Source: Antedon mediterranea (taxonomy: Eukaryota > Animalia > Echinodermata). From it: a stretch of DNA of 64,000 nucleotides. Where the stretch lies: positions 836,201-900,200 of the forward strand of contig NC_092679.1 in assembly GCF_964355755.1 (NCBI RefSeq), read 5' to 3'. Shown here one piece after another: positions 41,837 through 52,400 of the stretch. The notes below the pieces were generated by a model that saw nothing but the letters and a program-made list of their open reading frames with translations, searched no databases and had not been told where the DNA came from. How positions within the stretch are numbered: position 1 is the stretch's first letter; each line of letters begins with the position of its first letter. Position numbers and translations under genes: made by a program.

Positions 41837-42391
41837 ATGTCTTTATCTGACACAGAAGTAGAAGTAAACCATCAGAACAGCAATGGAAGCCCAGGAAAAA
41901 AGAAAAAGAAATCAAAGATATCTTTAATAATACCAAATTTTTTTAGGTCTAAAAGTCAACAAGATGACAGTGTTGATGAAGGGGGACTGAGTGATGATGA
42001 AAAATGTGGCAAAATAGAAGACGATGAGCCATCAGAAATGGATGTCGACGTCAAAGAAGAATCAACATCCAACCGTATAACAATACCTGGAAGCAATTCT
42101 GGTGCTTGCTCGGCTCCAATTTTACATGAACCAGTCTGGCCTATGACCCCACCAGAGTCTGTCCATCCATGCCTACGTATCGGTCACCGACGAAGGAGCA
42201 CAACAATTTCAGAAGGAGAGAATTTAGAAGAAAAAGTATGTATGTCTAGATGTCGCCATGTTACTTTCTCGCCAGATACCATTGACCCTCCACCGAGGTC
42301 AAGCAGTTATTGCAAGTATCTTGAATCTAAGTCGTCATGTCCTATCAGAAATCTGAAGCATGAGAAACACAAACAAAAGATGGTAGGTTAA
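41837..42391 (+). CDS. Uncharacterised 184-aa disordered protein with NLS-like KKKKKSK and an RVxF-type PP1-docking motif (RHVTF)
   Basis: Long non-repetitive ORF in AT-rich DNA, starting 33 nt after a strong acceptor (41803) with an upstream 5'UTR exon. A possible donor (ATG|GTAGGT) near its end means further exons cannot be excluded. Confidence 0.75.
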   Translation: MSLSDTEVEVNHQNSNGSPGKKKKKSKISLIIPNFFRSKSQQDDSVDEGGLSDDEKCGKIEDDEPSEMDVDVKEESTSNRITIPGSNSGACSAPILHEPVWPMTPPESVHPCLRIGHRRRSTTISEGENLEEKVCMSRCRHVTFSPDTIDPPPRSSSYCKYLESKSSCPIRNLKHEKHKQKMVG

Positions 42392-45300
42392 AAAACAATG
42401 ATTTTGAAAGAATGTCTATGAATGTATATAAATATAATAATCAATTGAATTGTCAGAAGTGTTGGTATTTGTTTTTGTTTTATTTCTTTCTAACCTCTTA
42501 AATTCTAAATTATTTTTATCTCTTTATGACTAAACTTTTCTATTGTCCCACAAAACATGAAAAATGAATAAATAAAATTAAAAAAAAGTTGAATAGACCA
42601 TAAAGTTAATTTACTTTTGCTGAAAAAAACTTGAAAAAAAATATTGATTTCGCTTATAAAAAAACAAAATAAATATATTATTTTTTCAAACTTGTCAGCT
42701 CAGACAATTCAAAATTATGTTGTCATCTAATGATGTTTAAACAATTTTTGCAATTCCTTTATATTTTATAATCAAACTGCAATATAGGTGAAAGGTTAAT
42801 ATTTTTAAGTACATAAAGTTTAGTGCCTGTTTTTGTGCAGGTCTGCCATGAGCATGATGTGTTGTTTGGGCATATACCTTGTAACCTATTCAAATCATTT
42901 TGGTTAAGTGTTGTTTAAACATTATTTATTGACATTATCAAACACAATCATAAATCAATCAAATAGCAGTGATTGTGCAAATAAGTCTTTCCAATGATAT
43001 CATTTCATGGTTTGTTTGTGTTTACGTTTGTAACAAGCGACATAACAGACAAAAAATATTTCCATCAAAATGACCCAGTGTCAGTATACTACTGTTGCTT
43101 AAACTTTTCTGCTCATTTTGGTAGAAATTTAACATTTCTCTTGTATAGAGTTTTTTTCTACCTCAGTGTTACATTTTCACTTCTATTCTACCATCTACTA
43201 AATTTTATTTATGCAAATAAGTAGTTAATTAAGAAATCAATACTAAAGTATTAAGAAAGCAGTTTTACATTGTTTCATAGTTTCACATTATTATTATACT
43301 TGTTGTCATTATTATCTTTACTTTTTTTATCTTTATTTTACTTTATATATTTTGTATGTTTGTATTGTATTTTTATGTGATGGATTGTGTCTGTCATGAA
43401 TTTCTGCAAAAACCAAATCAATCTGATACACATTGTAGGATATGGGTCATAGGTCAACTGCATTGTAGATTTATTGTGTAAACAAGACCTTGATCTCTAT
43501 CTTGACCTTGTAATCTAAAGTTCTTTTATACTTTGAACCTTAAAACAAGCTAAACACTATTGGTGCAAAAAACTGTTTCATTTCTTTTCATTTATTTTGT
43601 CAATTGAAAACACGATAATATAATACAATACTGTACAAATAAACATAAAAAAACCCACGGATGGTGACAGGGTTGAACAAATTAATGCAAACTTAATTGC
43701 TGTATGATTTTTTTCTGCTGTCATGGAGAACTTCTTGTTCAAAGAAAATAAACGAGTTAGTATAAAACAAGCAAACCACTCATAAGAAATGTTTTAACTT
43801 TCTTCTTTGAAGGAAATAAACAAGTTAGTATAAATGAGTGTTTGTTCACTCTAGGAAATGAAATTTATACTAAACAAAAATAATTCCTTTGAGGATTAAA
43901 ACATTGAAATTTGAAACTGTTCACTGTACTATAAAGATATGGGAACAAAAGATTGCTAAAAAATGAAACCAATTTCAATTGTTGAATGTACAGTCACCGG
44001 ATAAAAAGACAAAACCATACAAAACTACACTTTGTTTACCATAGAAAATTGTTTGATGGAATGACTATCAAAATCAAGCTTTCTGTAGCCCAAAATGAAA
44101 TGATATTCTGAATGTGAACTAACAAAACAACATTATAATCTTTCTCTACCTTCCTTCCTGAACTCAATACAACCTTGATATCTAATAATACAATTCATGC
44201 TTTCTGTGTCATCTGCTTGACCCTTTATTCTGGTTTTCCATATGTTAAGTATTTCTAACAGGTAAGCATTTGACAAAAGGATTTAGAACTTATGTATAAA
44301 ATTCTTTATATCAAACCAATGGTACAAATTACGAAAATATATAAGATAGATAAATACCTTCTTGACGGTTTCACAAACAACTTCTTCATTTGTTTGATAT
44401 AAAGAATTTTATACACATTGTTAACAAACCAGATGAATACAATCATAGATTTAGAACTTATTTTGTTAAAAATATAAGTCTTTCTTTATATCATACAAAA
44501 TTATGGTCTATGTCTGACAACAATGATCTTGTTATTCTTGATTACAAAAAAAATTCATTATTTAATAGAACCATTCTTTTTTTTTTTTTTTTTGCAGTTT
44601 CAGTTAAAAAAAGTGAATTTGAGTGATTTCCTATCAACCAGCCACCAGCGAAGTCCGTTGACATTCACTATGTCATGTGATATGATGTTTTAAGGGTGAT
44701 TGGTCAATTTGATACTGTGTAATTAATTTGACTGAACAATTTTATCATGCCGTACATTAATGCCCGCTGGTGGCGCTTGTACAGAAATAGTATCATTATC
44801 AATATAAAAAAAAACACTCTAGAGGTATCAACAAGAACAAACCAGGGTGGGACAACTTGTTGATGATAGCATTGAAAATTGTGCTCTTCCATTTTATTGT
44901 CTTTTATGTCTATTGATACATTCGTTAGGGGCCCACTTGTTAAATGTTATAAATCAAACAAGGCTATCAACATCAGTAACTGTACATGAAGTATAGTCAT
45001 GTCCCGGAACCACTCTATAGCCACCACGGATAGACTTCTTCATATCAGTGCTTCTATAAATAATGGATGACTTTTGGGAGCTGGAATGCTGGTAGACCAA
45101 ACCCAGTACCATTTCGATCATTTGGGAATTTCTCCCCAATAATACCAGCTTTAAGTATTTAAAATACAAACTTTGTTTTGATACTCTATGAGAGTAAAAT
45201 TGTATTTCAATTTAAATATTCTTGTCTTGAAGCATTTATATCTGAATCAGGGAAATGTAAATGTTGTCTGAATGAAGATGATCTGTCCTCAAGATACAAT

Positions 45301-45657
45301 ATATTGTAAATATAGATTAAGAATTTGTAATATATATGTAACTTTAAGTACAGTTTGGCCGAGTGCATGCAGATAAACTTCGCCTGGAGGAAATTAATGG
45401 ACATTGATTTGATCATATCATTATTGATTTGATCAATCAGATCATGCATTGATTTGAACATATCAGATTGTGTATTGATTTAACCAATCAGATCATGCAT
45501 TGATTTGACCATATCAGATCGTGTATTGATTTTACCATATCAGATCGTGTATTGATTTGATATAATCAATTGTATAAATTATGTCTAGATGGGGATTTGG
45601 AATATCTCAATGTAGAGTACTGTATATCAGTTTTAGACATAAATATTTTAGGGTTAA

Positions 45658-45768
45658 AGCCAATTTACACAGACGAGCCGTAACGGTAATGAAAATGTTT
45701 TACATTCTACGTAGGACAACCTACGCGTTTTTCCGCCTACCGTTACCACTCGTCTGTGTAAATTGGCC
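45658..45768. mobile_element. Harbinger-like MITE family C (GCCAATTTACACAGACGAG termini)
   Basis: TIR GCCAATTTACACAGACGAG / CTCGTCTGTGTAAATTGGC; related copy at about 62630-62842. Confidence 0.75.
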
Positions 45769-45954
45769 TTTAGTGTCTTCCAGTATAAGTTAAGGTATGT
45801 TAAGCAACTCTTTCATGTATCGTTTCATGTATGTAATGTGCTACTAAGGTATTCATAGTTTAGTGAGTAAAGTACAATATATAGAAAGTCCTTCTATTAT
45901 TTGTACTTTATTAAATGTACTGTATTATACAATTTATTGTAAACAGGTCATAGT

Positions 45955-46115
45955 TATTTAAAAAAATAAATGTTAACTTTTTGGTTAAACCAGTTGACAA
46001 GTACTTGCTTGCTACGTTTCAGCTACTTTCAGTAGCCTTGGTCACGCAAATGACGTAGTAAGTAAGTACTTGTTAACTGGTTTAACCAAAAAGTTAACAT
46101 TTATTTTTTTTAATA
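45955..46115. repeat. Long inverted repeat (about 60-bp arms) with a structured central loop
   Basis: Arms 45955-46017 and 46053-46115; loop contains GCTAC-TTTCA-GTAGC hairpin. Confidence 0.9.
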
Positions 46116-46276
46116 TCATTTGAAACCAGATAAAATTTTTTGAGAAGGTCATACAGTAGTTACTAATTCTAAAATGATTGGCACTTGTTTACAATGAGTT
46201 GATTTAATTTATGCAGATTAAACTAAAATTAATTTTGATATAAATATTAATAATAAATACTCTATGCTAAGGTTAA

Positions 46277-46402
46277 TATATATTGATATATATTGATATA
46301 TATGATTGATATATATTGATATATATGATTGATATATATTGATATATATTGATATATATTTTATATATTGATATATATGATTGATATATATTGATATATA
46401 TT
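46277..46402. repeat. AT-rich microsatellite (ATATATTGAT)n
   Basis: Directly visible. Confidence 0.9.
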
Positions 46403-46721
46403 GCTTGAAAAAATAAATTACTTAAACCTTGTAAACTAAAGTATAAATAAAAATTAAAAATATCAGCATATTTTAAACACAAAAATAGTGACAGACAAAC
46501 ATTTGAGTAAACATGATTTGAATGTTAACATATCATTCTATCTGAATTTTGTAATAAAAATTAAGATTGTGAAGAAGATTGTAAATTGTTAGATATTACT
46601 AATTGTAACAATGTGCACAGAATTATCCTGATGGTTTTGTATTGTTTTCTCCAGACATACAAATTTGCCGATTACTGTTCTTTTAGCCCGTTTAATTTCC
46701 CCACAGATAACAACTGCCGTT

Positions 46722-49022
46722 CTACCAGTCTAGTAAAAAGTTATAAGCATCTCCACTTGCCTCTGCAGGTACATTGGCTGGATTATCCTGAGAATGATGA
46801 ATAAATAAACATTTTTATTTTACTTAATATTGGATCGAGAAAGGAAACAGGTTAATATTCAGGAACAGAAGAAGGTATTCAACAAGCTTAACTACTATCA
46901 GTAAGAATATTTTAAAAGTAAATCAAACAATTGATTATGAATAGTAAAAGAATTCACCTCAAAATCTGTAAATTTGAGAGGTTTATCATCTTGTGGCGAA
47001 GAGTCAAATGTAAACTCTGCCATATCAAGTTCTGCCGCAGGTTCTGCCACTGGAAGGTTTTGCGGAGCAGGACCTCTTGCTGCTGGTGTGTTCATCTCAG
47101 ACGTAACACCATTGGTACGTGCGTTACCCTGAAATGTTGGATTCTCATTCCATGAGGTAGGTTGCTGGGTAACAACCCTCATTTTTGGTTCCTCATTCCA
47201 TGTTTGGTTACCATGATAGGGGGAAGCTTTTTTAGGCAGTAGTGAGTCTGTGACAGAGGGAAAATCTATCGATAACGGTGATGGAGGAGAGTCTTTTTTC
47301 TGTGGTTGAACTTTAATCTTTGAGGATTCACGCTTTGGCGATGTTGATCCTTTCCTGCCTTTTTTCGAAGATTTTGGCGATTTCTTTTCTCGTTTTGGGC
47401 TCCTTTGTTTTCTATCTGAAGGTGTAGATGATGAAGATTGTAAATCTAATTTTAAATGTTCTTGGACGCTTCGGGCACGGTATGCACTTGGAGCAACATT
47501 TCTTGATTCATCGATGAGGTTTTCTCGTGAACATGAGCTAGTGTTTGTCCAGTCATTGGCAGATGATGCTGATGTGGTAGTTACAGTTAAGTCTTTGCTA
47601 AAGTCTGTTAATATTGAGTCTTCTAATCCGCCATCGATTGTTGTCTCCTCCTTCCAGCCAGAATCCAGCAATTCATTCTCCCGTGGCAATGTTGTTTCCA
47701 TGTTTTCTTTATTTGGAAGAGGAATTTTTTGCTGGCACTGTAAAGAAAAAAACAGAATAGAAACATTATTATTAACATTTAACATTTGTTACAACGATAA
47801 GGATATGTTTCTTAGTCTATACAAATCTTTAGTCCGCCCTATCTTAGAATTTAACTGTTGTGTCTGGGCACCTCATCAAATTGGACTGATTAAGAAAATC
47901 GAGTCGGTTCAACAAAGAGCTACCAAGTCATTTTCAGAATTAAAACATTTGGCTTATCCATATAGATTGAAGTTTTTGGGTTTACCTACACTGGAGTACA
48001 GACGATTAAGAGCGGATATGATCCAAATCTTCAGAATTATAAATGGTTTGACGTTATAGAATGCAGGAAGTTTTTTACATTTGTTGATTGTCATGGAACT
48101 AGAGGTCTCTATACAAGTTATATAAAAACAAGTTTAGGCTTAATTCCAGGAAGTTTTCCTTCAGTTGTAGACTCGTGGAATAATAGCTTACCATCTAATG
48201 TGGTAAAAGCTCCAAATTTAAATCTATTCAAGTCACTCCTCAATGATAATTGGAAGTCCCTTGACTGCAAGTTTACTTTTTCACATTAATATAAAAACTT
48301 TGGAACATTGTGTGTACATCCGGAGCCCTAAACATCTATATTTTGGTTATAAGAAGACAGGAAGGGTCATATAAGCTATATTTAGCTTTCTAACCGACCC
48401 ATAACATCAAGCAAGTATCAAGCAAGTATTATAATACAACTGTTTGCATTGCATTTATTAAATGCATAGGCCTAGGCCTATAAAGTTTTTGGCTACAACC
48501 TACTGGTGTTTCCCACGTGAAAGGGGCAGAAAATTCATCTCTCCACGTTAACATCTGGAAGAAAATATAAAAATAAATTGTTTAGTTTTACATAATTCAA
48601 TATTTTAGGTATTATCCTGACTGTGTAATAAATATTAGGCCTAGGGCCTAGAGGCCTAATTAATTATCATTTGGGTTTGGCTAGCTATAGGCCTAATCAA
48701 AACAAACACTTACTGTTCCTTTACTCTGAGACCCATCATGATCAGTGTGATGTACCATTTTCTGTCCTGTTTTCACCTGCCATTTTAATACATCATCCGG
48801 TCTATCATCTGAACCACCACCACCCAATTGAATTTGGTATTTTAGGGCTAGCTTTGGATCTATAAACCAGTCGTTCAGGCGTTCGTCCTTTTCGTCCTGG
48901 TTCAACCTTTCCCATCTGTCATACCCGTATTCTTCGATCTTTTCTCGCTTTTCTGTTACTATATTTTGGGCAAGAGAACTGATCGAGGAAAAGTAATCAT
49001 CACAGATCTTTTCTATTTGCAT
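46722..49022 (-). CDS. C1orf198: C1orf198 homologue (DUF4706 domain protein), about 401 aa, 4 exons
   Basis: Exons 48714-49022 (YFSSISSLAQNIVTEKREKIEEYGYDRWERL...KTGQKMV), 48504-48554 (LTWRDEFSAPFTWET, DUF4706 signature), 46958-47737 (Ser/Pro/Lys-rich linker), 46722-46787 (...AYNFLLDW*, compare C1orf198 C-terminus FDFLDNW). All phase-0 GT-AG introns. Confidence 0.9.
47782..48430 (+). mobile_element. 5'-truncated CR1/L2-clade LINE (RT C-terminal fragment plus 3' tail) in C1orf198 intron 2
   Basis: Translation LYKSLVRPILEFNCCVWAPH...IESVQQRATK...LGLPTLEYRRLRADMIQIFRIING is the typical CR1 ORF2 C-terminus; it then degrades; short tandem tail ATCAAGCAAGT x2 at about 48406-48428. Confidence 0.88.
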
Positions 49023-49485
49023 TTTCCAACGATTTAGTTCCTATATCAACCAAAAATTGAAAAAAAAAGAAATAATTAGAATTCAGATCATGTCAACACA
49101 CACAAAGTGGAAGATGACTCACTAGATCCTCCTCCTTCATTTACCACCAAACATAGAGGGCGTTAATCAAAGAACTAAGTTATTCTCAGAGAAAGAACGT
49201 TTGTTTTGTAAATTTAGCCTAATTAAATTTGAATTGAAGGTTGGAAGAGTGGTCAATACTTTCCTCCAGCAGAGCAGCCATAAATAGATAATCACAATGA
49301 TTTTGTTTTACATTTATTTGTGTATGGCCAAAGATTATATAGCGCCGCGTAGCGGCGCTATACAATCTTTGGTATGGCTACTCTCCCACTGAAAAATGTT
49401 TTTGAACACACTGTTCATTGAAATATTCAGCGATTTAAAAATAACTCATGAGCATGCGCATTAAGCTACACGTGGGGAACGGAAC
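49023..49485. promoter_or_regulatory. Bidirectional promoter between C1orf198 and WDR43
   Basis: 463 bp between divergent ATGs; E-box CACGTG at 49469-49474; NRF1-like GCATGCGCA at 49452-49460; second E-box at 49818-49823 in intron 1. Confidence 0.65.
49329..49371. mobile_element. 43-bp palindromic P-element/Galileo-like micro-MITE
   Basis: CAAAGATTATATAGCGCCGC-GTA-GCGGCGCTATACAATCTTTG flanked by a 7-bp direct repeat GTATGGC (49322-49328 and 49372-49378). Confidence 0.7.
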
Positions 49486-52400
49486 ATGGCGGCGACGAAA
49501 AGTTGCGTGCTGTCACCAAATGGTAGCTATTTAGCTGTTTCTAGCCCAGATGGTAGGCTTACAATTTGGGATACAATCACTGGTAGCCCAAAACAAATAT
49601 ATACCCCAAGTTCACATTTGTCGGCAACGTGTACATGTATTTCTTGGAGTTCTATAAAGCCCGAAATTGAGGTACGTATTCAGTTTAGCCTGAAAGCCAC
49701 ACCACCACCACGCAGAAGCGGAGATTGTTCATGACATGATGCGGGCGCTTCGCTTTATAAATATGGTTTGTTGGCGTAAACGTTGGCGGTCGGCCTAGAA
49801 ATGTTACTGAGCATGGCCACGTGTTTTCAAATGCTTTAATTAAGGTTTGTGTCAGTTATATTTATCAAAACATTAAAAGTTCATGAAATATTAATCTTTA
49901 TCTATTTTTTCAGGGTGGTCCAAAAAGGAAAAGGAGAAAGTCAATAAAATTAAAAAACAATGAAAAGGAAAATGAAATTATTGCCATGGGAACATCAAAT
50001 GGCAGTATTTTGTTGTACAGTGTAACAAAAGGAGATTTATTAAGTAAACTGGTAAGTTGTTTAAAATAAGTAAGAATGTTTTAATCAATAAAAATATATT
50101 TGTGAGTATTTTTTGTATGTAACTACTAATACTATACTGTATTTCATATACTGTGTTGTTTTCAGGATTGTGGTCATGATGATACAGTAAATGACTTGTG
50201 TTGGCACCCAAAGGAGGACACCTTGTTTAGCTGTTCAGATGACCAGTACATTGTCCAGTGGAATGTAAGGGATGGAAAAGTTAAATGGTAGGTTTAGGTC
50301 AAAGGTTGAATGCTAGGTTTAGATAAATATATTTATCAGTTATCAACAGGTGCATATGAGGATGAAATATGGTTACTGTTTGTTTTCCTCACAATATTTT
50401 ATTATTCATCTTTTATTTCATGAAACAATAATGTCTTCTTTTCAGTAAGTGGAAAGCTGATAAGAACTCTGTAACTTCAATATGTATTAGTCCTTGTGGT
50501 AACATCATCATCTCAGCTGGAAGAACTATCCAAGTGTGGGATGTACAATCAAAAGTTGTATTGAAGGTGAGCTTTGTAGCACAAGTAAGCTAGTAAAGTC
50601 ATATGTGGTACACCATGGGGTTCCAAATAAAGAATGCCTTGATTGTTATTATACTACAACCAAGACAATCTTAACAACAGGATGATCTCCAGAGATCAAA
50701 GGGTTTATCTGTGGCTGCGACACAATCAGTTCCACAACCCTAAACAGACACGGCGTGCCATGGGGAATATGTACATAGTAATTAGTACAGTACTGTTGGT
50801 ATTTGTTACAGCCAGAAATAAGATCAAAGGACTGTTATGAGTTGCTATCATGCCAAGGCGAGCTCTGTCCTAGTGCAACTGCCTTCTGAAGTTGAGACAT
50901 TCATTTCTATTTGGCAACCACATGGTATACTGCAACCATACATATCTTATAAACAATATTGATCAAACATGCTGTTTACTATTTTCCTCGGCCTTTTCCA
51001 ACTACAGAACAGATTTAGTATTGCCTTCCCGCTTAAATCATTATAAAAAAAAGAATGATCAAATTTCTCTCTTTTTCCAGAAATTTACAGGTCATGCATC
51101 ATCGGTTAATAGTCTGCAAATGGTATCCTATAGCAACAGAAGTATCGACGAAGATGATATGTCTGTTCTGGAGTCAGTTGACGGATGTTACTTTATTTCA
51201 ACGGCGGTTGGGGATAGAATTGTAAATGTATGGTACGTACATTGTTGACAACATTTGGTTTGGAATAGTAACCTAAGTTAATAGGGAGTTTTCGCAATCT
51301 TCTGATAACGAAAACGGATATGTCATGCACACATATTCGTTTTTTGTAAGCCAGTAAAAATCTGTTTCGCATGGCAACGAAATATTGAGGGCGCTGTCCA
51401 AAATATGACTGCGGTAAATTTGAGCGAAGCGCAGGTACGTGTTGCTTGGCTGCCTAGGCCTAGCGTAACATCAAAGCGAGTGAGGACTTTAAAAATTGCT
51501 ATTTATCAAAATTGACCTGGCATTTTAGTAAATTACTTTCAATAAATCTATAATTATATTATAATCATGAGTCATTCCTGATTCAAATGCAAAATGTGCA
51601 AAATAGATTAAAAACTATACTCGTTTTGTAGTTACGAATATGACTGGTGATATTCTTCAACACGAATACGCTTTACGAATATGAAATGGGGATCAGCTCA
51701 AAAGTTTCACAAATGTGTGACGTTTTCGTTATTGTATTCGTAAGGTTGCGAAAACTCCCTAATTAAAGCAATCTACAAAAGCCTTGCCAACAATCAATTG
51801 TATTGTTTTAATTTGTTTATATTCTACTAGAAAATTGTAACAATACTAGCTCAGGGCTGCAAATTAACTTTTTTACTTGGTAGCACTATCAAATTTGTAT
51901 GATGGCTCATAATAATTTTTGGTAGCACCACCAATTTTTTTAGTAGCACCTTTTCATCGACAACAACCCCCTTCCCTCAAACCCCATCCGCGCAGATCCG
52001 TTTTTAGTTTAGTTGGGGGGGGGGGGGAGGTATAAAAATAAAAGGGGGGATTTTTAAGTAATTATAGGTTGTTTCAATCGATTTCTGAGCACATAAATTG
52101 GGTTATGCACATTTTAGGCACTGGTCCTGATGCGCCACTTATATTTACGCAAGATTTATTCTTTTTACGGTACGGAAAGAAATTACTGCTTTGTATATAC
52201 GCGTAAACTTTCGTAGCCTACGCGTAAATAGACCGTAGGTCATTGTTCTCTACTGCAATTTACAAAGTATTGTTCGTTGCCTACGATGTATTGTTTATGA
52301 TAATATCTACGCGTCGATACACCAATGTCATCGCCTTTAGGAGCATGAACAATGGAAACAAACATGTATTTGTTGGCTAATTAAAATCCTAGTAGAAGAC

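Noticed and set aside
47514-48059. 181-aa plus-strand ORF as a host gene
   Set aside because: The N-terminal half is the antisense shadow of C1orf198 exon 3 and the C-terminal half is a CR1 LINE fragment.
49728-49816. C/D snoRNA in WDR43 intron 1
   Set aside because: Imperfect C box (ATGATGC), no recognisable guide, single copy.
50680-50945. Telomerase RNA or U17 call from AACCCTAA and U17-like motifs
   Set aside because: The template is incomplete and the U17 m1 motif (AUAUUCCUA) is absent with motifs out of order. Kept only as an unassigned candidate.
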